A stretch of DNA of 64,000 nt from Candidatus Zixiibacteriota bacterium (lineage in GTDB: Bacteria; UBP14; UBA6098; JBKHBT01): the NCBI GenBank assembly GCA_046542255.1, contig JBKHBT010000002.1:33700-97699 (forward strand), in the 5' to 3' direction. Position numbers and translations under genes: made by a program. The stretch's first letter is position 1. Each line of letters starts with the position of its first letter. The notes beneath the pieces were generated by a model that did no database searches, was not told the DNA's origin, and saw only the letters and a list, made by a program, of their open reading frames with translations. Shown here one piece after another: positions 1 to 9,637 of this stretch.

Positions 1-144
1 ATGTTTGTCTATTTTTCATGGGCAGAAGCACCTAATGCTCCCGAGTACAATAATATACTAAATTTGCTCGATGTTATATGGTATAATATTGTACATCTTT
101 TCGATAGACTTAGGCTTGGAAGAATCGGCGTATTTCCATCTTGA
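1..144 (+). CDS. lepB: Signal peptidase I, C-terminal fragment (5' end outside window)
   Basis: Frame 1 reads MFVYFSW...DRLRLGRIGVFPS*, resembling the LepB C-terminal pattern F-x-Y-x-S-W...R-x-x-R-I-G; its stop overlaps the hemW TTG start; not in the ORF track. Confidence 0.65.
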   Translation: MFVYFSWAEAPNAPEYNNILNLLDVIWYNIVHLFDRLRLGRIGVFPS

Positions 145-1259
145 ATGCAATCTATCTTCACATTCCCTTTTGTGTTAAAAGATGCGATTATTGTAGCTTC
201 TATTCTATCGAATATAATCATCGAGACATCGTAAATTATTGCAAAGCATTAAAAAAAGAAATCCAGATTCAGGCTAAGCTTTTTCAAAATAAAATCATAG
301 ATACCATCTATTTCGGTGGTGGTACCCCATCGGTTATGGAAACATCACAAGTGGATTCTATTTTCGAAAGTCTTAACAGATATTTCAATATTAGTGCTGC
401 CTGCGAAATAACTTTCGAGCTAAATCCAAAGACAGTCGATAAAGAATATTTGCAGATGCTTCGGAAAGTCGGAATCAATAGATTATCGATTGGTATTCAA
501 AGCCTTAACAATAAGGAACTCGAGCTTCTTGGAAGAATCCATGATTCGCAAAAAGCAATCAAGGCTCTCGAGGATGCCCGAGAAGCTAATTTTGATAATA
601 TCTCCGTTGATATCATTACTGCCATTCCAGGTCAAAGCAAAAAAGACATCAGAAAATCTCTGGAGATAATCACCGATTATTCTCCAGAACATATCTCAAT
701 ATATGATCTTAGCATAGATAAGGGCACGAAAATTAGCGAATTAGTAAATTCCAAAACCTTGAAGGCAAATGATAATGACAAAGAATTGTATTATTTTGCA
801 ATAGATTTTTTGGCAAAAGCTGGATTCGAACACTATGAGATATCGTCTTTCGCAAAAAAAGGTTTTCAAAGCAAACATAATAATAAATATTGGGAAAGAA
901 ACTCATATATTGGATTGGGAGCTTCGGCACATTCCATGATAGCGGATGTTCGTTTCAATAATCCTGCCGATATGCAAAAATATTTGTATAAACTTGATAA
1001 AAACGAATTACCATCAGAAAATATTGAATTCTTGACTTATAAAGATATAATATCCGAATTTATAATGCTGGGACTGCGCAAAACAGATGGAATAGACATA
1101 GGCAGTATCCCAAAAACAACGAAATATGGAAAACAATTATTAGGAAATATTCAAGAACTAATCAGGATGGGTTATTTAACCCAAAACAATAAAAAGGTAG
1201 CAATATCTCATAGCCACCTTTTTATTTCGAATGAAATAATCATTCACATTATACCCTAA
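141..1259 (+). CDS. hemW: Radical SAM heme chaperone HemW (HemN-like)
   Basis: YLHIPFCVKRCDYCSF (CxxxCxxC), YFGGGTPS, HYEISSF, HNNKYW, YIGLGASAHS. Confidence 0.92.
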   Translation: MNAIYLHIPFCVKRCDYCSFYSIEYNHRDIVNYCKALKKEIQIQAKLFQNKIIDTIYFGGGTPSVMETSQVDSIFESLNRYFNISAACEITFELNPKTVDKEYLQMLRKVGINRLSIGIQSLNNKELELLGRIHDSQKAIKALEDAREANFDNISVDIITAIPGQSKKDIRKSLEIITDYSPEHISIYDLSIDKGTKISELVNSKTLKANDNDKELYYFAIDFLAKAGFEHYEISSFAKKGFQSKHNNKYWERNSYIGLGASAHSMIADVRFNNPADMQKYLYKLDKNELPSENIEFLTYKDIISEFIMLGLRKTDGIDIGSIPKTTKYGKQLLGNIQELIRMGYLTQNNKKVAISHSHLFISNEIIIHIIP

Positions 1260-1319
1260 CCCACAAACTATTTGTAATTTACCCAGTTAACCTCCAAACA
1301 AATGTATAATTTCGCTTTT

Positions 1320-1646
1320 TTAGCTGGTTCCTATAAGGGCCATTTCGCCGTTTAATATCTGTTCAAGAGTTTTTGCAAATTTACCTCCAGATGATGCTTC
1401 GAAGTCTATTGGGAAATTCTGTAATTGTTGCAATGTAATAGCTCGTTTTTCTGGAATTGGTGTTTTTTGCGCTGGCTTTGGGTTTCTTGGTTTTCTTTTC
1501 TTCCGCTTGTGGACGGTTGCCAGTGCTGCACATCTTGATGAGCAGTATTTCGGAACATATTTTGCCCCGACCGAATACACAAATTGATTATCGCAACCAT
1601 CTCTTTCACAAGTCTTTAACGCTCTTGGTAATTTTTTCCTTGGCAT
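1320..1646 (-). CDS. Small basic putative Zn-finger protein, unknown function
   Basis: AGGAGG RBS at 1655-1660; CERDGC...YCSSRC four-Cys motif followed by a Lys/Arg-rich stretch. Confidence 0.7.
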   Translation of the reverse strand: MPRKKLPRALKTCERDGCDNQFVYSVGAKYVPKYCSSRCAALATVHKRKKRKPRNPKPAQKTPIPEKRAITLQQLQNFPIDFEASSGGKFAKTLEQILNGEMALIGTS

Positions 1647-1672
1647 AATAATAACCTCCTACCTAATATAAT

Positions 1673-1688
1673 AGCATTTATCATGCCA
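1673..1688 (-). promoter_or_regulatory. Putative sigma54 (-24/-12) promoter
   Basis: Minus strand TGGCATGATAAATGCT vs consensus TGGCACG-N4-TTGCW, with exact GG-N10-GC spacing; predicted +1 near 1662, just upstream of the RBS. Confidence 0.65.
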
Positions 1689-1720
1689 AAAAGAAAAGAA
1701 CCGCAGCAAAGCTACGGTTC
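1688..1720 (-). terminator. Intrinsic terminator after the iorA-membrane protein unit
   Basis: Minus strand GAACCGTAGC-TTT-GCTGCGGTTC followed by TTTTCTTTTT. Confidence 0.8.
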
Positions 1721-1783
1721 ATAAGAATTCTTAAAATAATGTGCATAATTTTGACAAAAAACGTGTCGCAATTAAACATATCA

Positions 1784-1840
1784 ACCCAGAGCTTGGGGGA
1801 TAAAACCCAATACAATGGGGCATATTACCCAATTAAGGGT
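1784..1840. repeat. Three phased imperfect palindromes ACCCA...GGG (candidate activator-binding sites)
   Basis: ACCCAGAGCTTGGGG (1784), ACCCAATACAATGGGG (1805), ACCCAATTAAGGGT (1827); start-to-start spacing 21 and 22 bp. Confidence 0.45.
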
Positions 1841-2579
1841 AAGTATAATGGATTTCAAACTCAGAAATAGAAGGCGTTGACGCCTGATAAAGCGGGCCTC
1901 TACCTCTATTTCTATATCCGCTGAAATCTGCGTTAACCATTGTTCGGAAGATTATCTCGATATCGCCCTGTTCGAGTTCGAAGGTCCAATACGGCGAGAT
2001 CATGAAGGCTGTACCGGAGAATTTTATAATATCTCGTTCGGTATCGCCCCACCATTCTATTTTTCCCGCTGCAAGCCATTCTAATTTTAACCCTTTTAGC
2101 CAAAGAGTCTCAAATGGAACACCGAGATCCAGTGTCCAGATATGGCCATCCAGAAGAACTCCTCCTGGATAGTATTTGGCTCTGGCATATCTGTATTCCA
2201 TGCCAAGTCCCCAATTTCTATATGTCCTGAAATACGCAGCAGCGCTAATGTCGCCGATCGCTGCATATTTATCGAGAAATGGTGGAATTGTTTTGACTCG
2301 TAATGGAAATTCGAGAAAATAATCATCCCAAACCATTGTTGGCGTGATAGAAAATCCCATTTCCGCCATAGGAAACCAGACGCTTTCGGTCTTTTCGGCA
2401 CCTATTTCAAAGGTTGTAACCGGCAAATGAAAAGTGAATATACCCCTAATATAAGCGGGTACTTGCAATATAGTATCAGCAGGATTCAATGAATCCGCAT
2501 TTTGCTGTTCGTTGTCTTCCTGTGCCAAAAGCCCAAAGGCAAGAAGGGCTATTAGCAGTATTGTTATTTTATTTCTCAA
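1833..2579 (-). CDS. Secreted / putative outer-membrane beta-rich hypothetical protein
   Basis: Likely TTG start at 2579 overlapping the iorA end; signal peptide RNKITILLIALLAFGLLA; aromatic alternating strands; C-terminus FEIHYTYP. Confidence 0.65.
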   Translation of the reverse strand: MRNKITILLIALLAFGLLAQEDNEQQNADSLNPADTILQVPAYIRGIFTFHLPVTTFEIGAEKTESVWFPMAEMGFSITPTMVWDDYFLEFPLRVKTIPPFLDKYAAIGDISAAAYFRTYRNWGLGMEYRYARAKYYPGGVLLDGHIWTLDLGVPFETLWLKGLKLEWLAAGKIEWWGDTERDIIKFSGTAFMISPYWTFELEQGDIEIIFRTMVNADFSGYRNRGRGPLYQASTPSISEFEIHYTYP

Positions 2580-4326
2580 TTGGGCCAATTGCATCCTTCG
2601 GGCAAACCTGTTTACAAATTTCACAGTGATCACCGGCGCAAAGGTACATATCTATCTTTGCTTTCTTGGTCTTAGAATCGCGAGATAATGCCGGGCAACC
2701 AACCTTTAGGCAAAGTCCGCAGGCAATACACTTCTCTGAATCGACAGCCATCGGAGTAACTTTAATTTTCTTATAATCGAGAAGAATACATCTTCCTTTA
2801 TTGATAACAAGCGATGGCCCATCTTTTGTGGTTGTGGCCTTGAGAGCTTTTTCGATGTCTTTTAGGTCGAAAGCGTCTGTAACATGGATATCTTTTACGC
2901 CAACAGCCTCGGCAACCTTGACATAGTCGGTAGAGATGGAATCATCGCCCATCAAAGTCTTGCCTGTGCCAGGATGTTCCTGATGGCCGGTCATTGCAGT
3001 GATGCTATTGTCGAGAAGGGCTGTTGTAATATTGCCTTTATTATAGGCAACATTGGCCAGGCCAGTCATACCAGAATGCATAAATGTGGAATCACCGATG
3101 AATGCTACGGTCTTTTTACCAAATTCTTTGCCCTGGCCAAGTTCGAGGCCGAAAGCATTTGTAATCGATGCGCCCATACAGACACAAGTCTCGCCACAAT
3201 TAAGAGGTGGCAATACTCCGAGAGTATAGCATCCAATGTCGGTTGTAGTGTTTAGCTTCATCTTATTTGTAATATAGAAAATTCCCCTATGCGGACAACC
3301 CGGGCAAAGAACCGGAGGCCTTGCTGGAAGATCATCGGTCTTTACATCTGCTGGGGCTGCAAGATTCAGGTCGAATGCTTCGGCGACTCTTCTCTGTGAT
3401 AGTTCGCCTGCTATCGGGACTTTGTCCTTACCAATAACTTCGATACCCATTTGAAGCATTTCTTCTTCGATAAATGGCTCATTCTCTTCTATAACATAAA
3501 TCTTATCGACCATATCAGCAAACTTGCGAGTCAGTTTTTTTGGGAATGGGAAGCTCATGCCGAGTTTCAGGAAAGCGGCTTTCGGGAAAGCTTCTTTTGC
3601 ATATTGATATGAGATACCCGAAGAGATAATACCGATTTTTGTATCGCCTTCTTCAATGACATTAAAAGGTGATTCATTAGAATACTCTTCCATCTTCTTA
3701 AGTCGCTCTTCCAATTTGACATGCAATTTTCTAGCGTGGGCCGGCAAAACAACTCGCTTGGAAATATCACATGTATATGGTTTCCTCTCTACTTCATCTC
3801 TTTCGCCGAGTTCAACCAGGCCTTTGGAATGAGAAAGCCTTGTCGAAAGCCTGAGAAGCACAGGAGTATTGAATTTCTCTGAAACCTTGATTGCCTCTTT
3901 GACAAGTTCTTTGCATTCATGAGAATCGGATGGTTCGAGAAGTGCCCATTTAGCAAATTTTGCATATCTACGATTATCCTGTTCATTTTGCGAGCTATGC
4001 ATACCAGGATCATCGGCAGAAACCAGGACAAATCCGCCATCTGTACCGGTATATGCAAATGTAAAAAGCGGATCGGCTGCTACATTAACGCCAACATGCT
4101 TCATTGCAGTCAGCGTCCTTGCGCCGCCAAAAGATGCGCCCATACCGACTTCCAGGGCGACCTTTTCATTAGTCGACCATTCTGAATAAATCTCTTTGTA
4201 CTTCGCTACATTTTCTAAAATCTCTGTTGATGGTGTTCCAGGATATGCAGTAGCAACATGGATACCGGCTTCATAAGCTCCACGAGCTATCGCTTCATTT
4301 CCTGATAAAAGCGCCCTTTTCGACAT
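2569..4326 (-). CDS. iorA: Indolepyruvate:ferredoxin oxidoreductase alpha subunit
   Basis: GNEAIARG, YPGTPSTE, MKHVG, LCPGCPHR, TPP motif GDSTFMHSG...DN, C-terminal ferredoxin Cys motifs. Confidence 0.93.
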   Translation of the reverse strand: MSKRALLSGNEAIARGAYEAGIHVATAYPGTPSTEILENVAKYKEIYSEWSTNEKVALEVGMGASFGGARTLTAMKHVGVNVAADPLFTFAYTGTDGGFVLVSADDPGMHSSQNEQDNRRYAKFAKWALLEPSDSHECKELVKEAIKVSEKFNTPVLLRLSTRLSHSKGLVELGERDEVERKPYTCDISKRVVLPAHARKLHVKLEERLKKMEEYSNESPFNVIEEGDTKIGIISSGISYQYAKEAFPKAAFLKLGMSFPFPKKLTRKFADMVDKIYVIEENEPFIEEEMLQMGIEVIGKDKVPIAGELSQRRVAEAFDLNLAAPADVKTDDLPARPPVLCPGCPHRGIFYITNKMKLNTTTDIGCYTLGVLPPLNCGETCVCMGASITNAFGLELGQGKEFGKKTVAFIGDSTFMHSGMTGLANVAYNKGNITTALLDNSITAMTGHQEHPGTGKTLMGDDSISTDYVKVAEAVGVKDIHVTDAFDLKDIEKALKATTTKDGPSLVINKGRCILLDYKKIKVTPMAVDSEKCIACGLCLKVGCPALSRDSKTKKAKIDMYLCAGDHCEICKQVCPKDAIGPIEK

Positions 4327-4427
4327 TAGCTCTCCTTATCTCCTTATATTTTGTTATCAAAAAGATGTATGAAATTAATAATTAACCCTAACAAAAGCAA
4401 GCATTTTCAAGATACGGATAAAAAATC

Positions 4428-5696
4428 TTAGGTTTTTTGTTTCTTCTTTTTCGCTGCCGGGAAAAGTACATTATTAAGAATCAGTCTATATCCGGGAGAA
4501 TTTTTATAAAGCGCCAAATCTGGCGGTCTTTCTCCGATATAGTGTGCATAGTCCTCCGGGTCATGACCGCCGAGGAATGTAAAAGTGCCCCGGCCAAAGT
4601 TGCCATGAATATATTTTGCAGCATTAGCACCCTCATATTCGGCCAAAATTATGACATGGTCTTTAATGAAATCTTTCTTAAACGCTGTATTTTGGCCGAG
4701 AAAATCTGGCACAAGGCCTGTATGATCCTGAGTTAACATAGTTGGAACCGGGTCGTATTTGGCCGAAAAGTCAAATAGCCGAAAGTATTTATCATTATTG
4801 CCATCCGCCTTTCGAACATCGGCTCTACTCGGTTTAACATCGATATTCGAATGTTCATAGACCATAGGGTCGGTTATCAATTGAAAATTCTCGAATGCCA
4901 GGCAATTATCATAGTTTAACTTATCTTGAAATCCAGGCTCGACCGGAGTGCCGTCAAAAGGCACATCGCAGATATCTGTTTCCAAAGCTGCGAGAGCAAT
5001 GTCATATGTATCGGTAGCGCTGCACATAGCAAATACAAAACCACCGCTGGACATATAATCTCGAATCTTAAGAACTACGGCCTTTTTCAAATTAGGGACA
5101 TTCTTATATCCCATCTCTCTGGCGGTTTTTTCCGAAAGGGATACCATTTTCTTATACCAAATTGCATTTCGGTATGATGCATAGAATTTTCCATATTGCC
5201 CGGTAAAGTCTTCATGATGAAGATGGAGCCAATCATATTCATCGAGTTGCCCCATAAGTACTTCCGGGTCCCAGAGTGTTTCATGTGGAATTTCGGCATA
5301 TTCGAGAGCCATACGGACGGCATCATCCCAGGGATCGCGCGTTGGCGGCACATAAACTGCAACCTTTGGCGCTTTCTCAAGCAATACAACTTCCATATTA
5401 TTCTCTTCGATTGTCGCATAAATTCTCTGTGCATCAGATTCGGATATGGTTTCGTATGTTACACCTCGAACATTACAAATATCCTTGGCACTGGAAGAGT
5501 AAGGCATCATAAAACTGCCAGAACGGTAATTCAGAAGCCATTCCACATCGAAACCTTGCTCGAGGCCCCAATATGCGATACCATAAGCCTTAAGATGGTC
5601 TGTCTGAGACAAATCCATCGGGATTAATAAACGATCGCCTAAAACAATGCCGGCGATCAAAATGAATAATAATAATATTTTTCTCTTTCTTCTCAT
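4428..5696 (-). CDS. Conserved exported protein of unknown function (glutamine amidotransferase-like fold suspected)
   Basis: Signal peptide after MRRKRK; motifs HLKAYG, WLLNYRSGSF, PWDDAV, WLHLHHEDFTGQYGKF, MCSATD, GGHDPEDY, NSPGYRLILNN, recalled as a conserved FCB-group family. Confidence 0.75.
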   Translation of the reverse strand: MRRKRKILLLFILIAGIVLGDRLLIPMDLSQTDHLKAYGIAYWGLEQGFDVEWLLNYRSGSFMMPYSSSAKDICNVRGVTYETISESDAQRIYATIEENNMEVVLLEKAPKVAVYVPPTRDPWDDAVRMALEYAEIPHETLWDPEVLMGQLDEYDWLHLHHEDFTGQYGKFYASYRNAIWYKKMVSLSEKTAREMGYKNVPNLKKAVVLKIRDYMSSGGFVFAMCSATDTYDIALAALETDICDVPFDGTPVEPGFQDKLNYDNCLAFENFQLITDPMVYEHSNIDVKPSRADVRKADGNNDKYFRLFDFSAKYDPVPTMLTQDHTGLVPDFLGQNTAFKKDFIKDHVIILAEYEGANAAKYIHGNFGRGTFTFLGGHDPEDYAHYIGERPPDLALYKNSPGYRLILNNVLFPAAKKKKQKT

Positions 5697-5837
5697 CGTA
5701 TTTCCAATATAATATTTTATGCTCAAAAATCAAGTCCTTTCAAAAAATGAAGATTTTTAAAAAATAATATCTTAACTTGACTTAAACCTTATGATAAATT
5801 ATTTTATTTAATGTTATTAAAGAAAAGGAGTAGCAAT

Positions 5838-8597
5838 ATGAATAGATTTGCCTTATTAATTATTTTGTTAATTTGTGTATTTAGTATTATCGGAAATGGT
5901 TTCGATTATCCAAAAGTTATGGATGATGGCAGGATATTTTTTACATCGTATAATGGCTGGGGAATATTCAGCTCGGATGGTAATGGTGTAGAAAGAATAT
6001 CCAGTGAACATGCACGAGGCCGATACATCAATATATATGGAAATACGATAACTTATAAAAAGGCCTATTCAGCAGAAAATCAAATACCTGTAATTTTAGG
6101 CCTTAGAAGCAGGGAATTTGAATTTGATGATATCAATTGCAACTATACAGGAATTCCATATTTGACAGAAAATGCAACATTAATACCATCTGAAGGCAAG
6201 CTTTATATATTCAAAGGCTCCCAGACAAAAATCAGGGATATGAAAAGCTCTGTCCAATATATCGATGTACATCAAAACAATATCTGCTATATTGATGATA
6301 ATGGCTTTTTGATTATTATGAATATTCAAAATGGGAATGAATACATTATCAGTGAAAATGCTGGTTTTCATCCAAAATTCTCGCCAGATGGCCGTGCGAT
6401 TGTTACTACTTATCAGAATGGAGCCAATATTTATAGATTAGCAGATGAATTGGAAAATGGCTTCTCTTCGAAGTATTTCATCCAAGATGCCCAAAATCCA
6501 ATCTGGTATGGAAATGGTCTTATTTATCAATTCACCAATGAATACAATTATCATGTCGATTTCTCTGAACTTTTCTACTATGATTTAAACTCACACAAAA
6601 AATACCCCATTACCAGTACCGATGATATCCACGAGACAAGGCCTTCGCTTTCTGAAAATAGTAAATTTATTGTGTTCAGAGATATAGAGACCGGTTCGAT
6701 ATACCGTGCTGAGCTTAATTCCTCGATAGATAATAATCTCAGAATCACAAATCGCACCTTAATCGCTAACGGCGATGATGCACCTGAAGGCTTCCCCGAA
6801 TTTTTTGAAAGTGTCATTATGTCGCCTATGGAAACTATGGAATCGATATCCTGCCCATACCTGCATCAAGTATATGATACTCCCGACTGGCATAATGGCC
6901 ACTGGAGCTGTGGGCCTGCATCATGCCTTATGGCTGTCCAAAAATATGATATATTACCTGATCACAATATAACCGTAAGTTCACCGTATTCACATACACA
7001 TCCTTTTGGATGGTATGTTCCCAATACCTATACTTATAATGGCTATACTTATGATATCAGCGGTCTTGCCGCAGGCGATACCTGGGTTACAGGCGCACAT
7101 GGATTCATCTGCCGGGAATATGGCGGTGCCGTCTGGGCACATATGGAAACTTTCATGGAGCAACATGGACTCGATTCATGGTATCTCGGAGCCGTATGGT
7201 CAACATATACCGGCCAGATTAGCGATGGGTATCCTGTTGTGTCTTCTACGAGTGTTATGGGATATGGCCATATTCAATGCTTTATTGGATATTTTGGAGA
7301 TCATGGCATAATCACTAATGATCCCTATGGAAATGCAAATTATTCTCCATGGTGCCAGTACAATGGCGAAAATGTCCGCTATGACTGGCCCGGCTATGAT
7401 AATGGCTATCTCGAAATCTCGATTAGCCAGCTCTTTGCTGCAAATGGCCCGCTTGCAGAACCTACACCTTCCACACCAGATACACTGGTGGACGATTGGA
7501 GCTCGGGATTTCATCGAGCTGAAGCAGGCGGTGCATACTGGTATCAATGGATAGGCGGTTTCTATAATCATGTCTGGTGGACATATAGCATGGACGCTTC
7601 TGCTGATGATTACTACGGCAAATGGTATCCTGTACTTCCTAATTCTGGGGTCTATGAGGTCTATGTCCATATTCCATCTAATCATGCGAATGCACAAGCG
7701 AGATATAAAGTATTCCATAATACCGGTGAGGACGTTGTTACGGTAAATCAAACCCTTTACTATGATGACTGGGTTTCTATCGGAACATATGGATTTGGCG
7801 ATGAGGATGGCGGATATGTCTATCTTGGCGATAATACTGGAACTGCCGATAATCAAGTCGGATATGATGCTGTGAAATGGTCATATCGCGATCATCTGGT
7901 TTATTCGGATACATTGATAGACGACACAGAAGACGGCTTCGATAAAGACGGCAATATCGACTTTTTCCATCATCAATATTCAGGTTATGGTGGCCATTCA
8001 TGGTATACATATTCGACACATAGCGAAGATACTTGTTCGGCTACCTGGCGAGCTAATCTATCTCGTGGCGGGGTTTACGAGGTGTCAGTCTATATTCCAG
8101 ATGAAAATGCGGCAGCCCATTCTGCCCAGTATCATGTCCATCATGCAGATGGCGAAGATGTCGTTTGGATAAACCAGGGCGATCATTCCGATGAATGGGT
8201 CAGCCTCGGCACTTTCGATTTCAATTACGGAACCAGCGGCTATGTCTATCTTGGTGATGCTACCGGTGCTCCCGGATACAAAATCAATTTCGATGCTGTC
8301 AAGTTTACATATCTCTATGCTACAAACATCGAAGAAGATAATAGCTACAATCCTCATAAACTGACTTTGAAAGCAGGGCCAAATCCATTTAATTCTTCAT
8401 GTCGTATTTCATCGAATCGGCCTGCGAATATCAAAATCTTTGATACTAATGGCTCTCTAATCGAAAGATTCATTATGAAAAGCGCCAATGAAGAAATCAT
8501 ATGGCAGCCGGAGCAAAAGCAAAATTCGGCGATCTATCTGATAACTGCAGAATGGCAAAGTCAAAGCAAGAGCCGTAGAGTCGTTTTAATTAAATAG
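5838..8597 (+). CDS. Secreted multidomain protein: TolB-like propeller, C39-like cysteine peptidase, two golvesin-like beta-sandwiches, T9SS-type C-terminal domain
   Basis: Signal peptide; PKFSPDG; PYLHQ...CGPAS...GHI...NDPYG; duplicated GVYEV.V.IP...W.S.GT..F...DAVK module; PNPFN...VVLIK terminus. Confidence 0.75.
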   Translation: MNRFALLIILLICVFSIIGNGFDYPKVMDDGRIFFTSYNGWGIFSSDGNGVERISSEHARGRYINIYGNTITYKKAYSAENQIPVILGLRSREFEFDDINCNYTGIPYLTENATLIPSEGKLYIFKGSQTKIRDMKSSVQYIDVHQNNICYIDDNGFLIIMNIQNGNEYIISENAGFHPKFSPDGRAIVTTYQNGANIYRLADELENGFSSKYFIQDAQNPIWYGNGLIYQFTNEYNYHVDFSELFYYDLNSHKKYPITSTDDIHETRPSLSENSKFIVFRDIETGSIYRAELNSSIDNNLRITNRTLIANGDDAPEGFPEFFESVIMSPMETMESISCPYLHQVYDTPDWHNGHWSCGPASCLMAVQKYDILPDHNITVSSPYSHTHPFGWYVPNTYTYNGYTYDISGLAAGDTWVTGAHGFICREYGGAVWAHMETFMEQHGLDSWYLGAVWSTYTGQISDGYPVVSSTSVMGYGHIQCFIGYFGDHGIITNDPYGNANYSPWCQYNGENVRYDWPGYDNGYLEISISQLFAANGPLAEPTPSTPDTLVDDWSSGFHRAEAGGAYWYQWIGGFYNHVWWTYSMDASADDYYGKWYPVLPNSGVYEVYVHIPSNHANAQARYKVFHNTGEDVVTVNQTLYYDDWVSIGTYGFGDEDGGYVYLGDNTGTADNQVGYDAVKWSYRDHLVYSDTLIDDTEDGFDKDGNIDFFHHQYSGYGGHSWYTYSTHSEDTCSATWRANLSRGGVYEVSVYIPDENAAAHSAQYHVHHADGEDVVWINQGDHSDEWVSLGTFDFNYGTSGYVYLGDATGAPGYKINFDAVKFTYLYATNIEEDNSYNPHKLTLKAGPNPFNSSCRISSNRPANIKIFDTNGSLIERFIMKSANEEIIWQPEQKQNSAIYLITAEWQSQSKSRRVVLIK

Positions 8598-8611
8598 AGC
8601 CAATCAAAGAA

Positions 8612-9637
8612 TTATTTTTTAATAGGCATCTTTCGATATCGAATAGTCAGGTTCATTGTCTCCGGAATATGTTTTCGCAGCTCTTCAATCTTTGGTTTAC
8701 AGATATCGTGGAATTTGAACCATAGTTTCTCAAATACATCGATGTAAAGAATGGAATTTTCATCGACTTCGTTAATTATTTTAATCAACTCTTTCTTATA
8801 ATTATCATTAACATTTGGATAATAGCTCTTCCTTATCATCGGACGAGTCGGAAGCTTTTCAAATTCCCATTTCATAGAGACATCGCTCTGGGACTTTGTA
8901 AATTCCAGGATAATATACCCTTTTGGCTCATCGATTTCTGCGGAAGATATCCTTTCTATCGATCCGGGATATAATACTGGTGTAGTGTATTCGCCGGAAT
9001 CTAAAACCTGATACCTATGTATATGCCCGGAAAGGATGCAATCGAAATCTTTTGGCAAAGAATCCTTCTCTATGACATCTTCCCCATTTTTGAAAATATA
9101 ATCACCAGGGCCGACAGTAGCTCCCTGCACAAGTTGATGAATACAAAGCAATCTAATATCGGCATCGTATGAATCATAGCCAGTATCTTCGATGAGCTTT
9201 TCGAATTTGCCATTTATCATTGTACGATAAAATGGGAAGCCTGAAAGCGACAGGCTAAAGCCATCCTTTTCATAGAGAAAAGTATACGGCTTATGAAAAA
9301 TATTGATATTTTCTGAAATGGCGAGAATTCCATGAGGAATCTGGCTTCTTTCATGATTTCCGGGTACAATGTACACAGGCGTTTCATATTTTGCCATCTC
9401 ATGTAAAGGATCGAAAACCATCTGAGACAATTTCATCGGGAATTTGCTTCTGTAGAAGATATCGCCACCATGAATCAGGATGTCGATATCTGGCTTTTTA
9501 GCTCTTTCCAATATTTTATAATAATTATCGAAAATATCTTTGCCTCTTCTTCGCCTTTTTACCTTTGGGTTAAAGGGCAGATCAAAACCAAGATGGGAAT
9601 CTGCGAAGAAAAGAATCCTTATTTTACTATCGCTCAT
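8612..9637 (-). CDS. Mre11/SbcD-family metallophosphoesterase nuclease
   Basis: ADSHLG, GGDIF, PGNHE, CIH, SGHIH, YPGS.E...E...KGY motifs. Confidence 0.85.
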   Translation of the reverse strand: MSDSKIRILFFADSHLGFDLPFNPKVKRRRRGKDIFDNYYKILERAKKPDIDILIHGGDIFYRSKFPMKLSQMVFDPLHEMAKYETPVYIVPGNHERSQIPHGILAISENINIFHKPYTFLYEKDGFSLSLSGFPFYRTMINGKFEKLIEDTGYDSYDADIRLLCIHQLVQGATVGPGDYIFKNGEDVIEKDSLPKDFDCILSGHIHRYQVLDSGEYTTPVLYPGSIERISSAEIDEPKGYIILEFTKSQSDVSMKWEFEKLPTRPMIRKSYYPNVNDNYKKELIKIINEVDENSILYIDVFEKLWFKFHDICKPKIEELRKHIPETMNLTIRYRKMPIKK

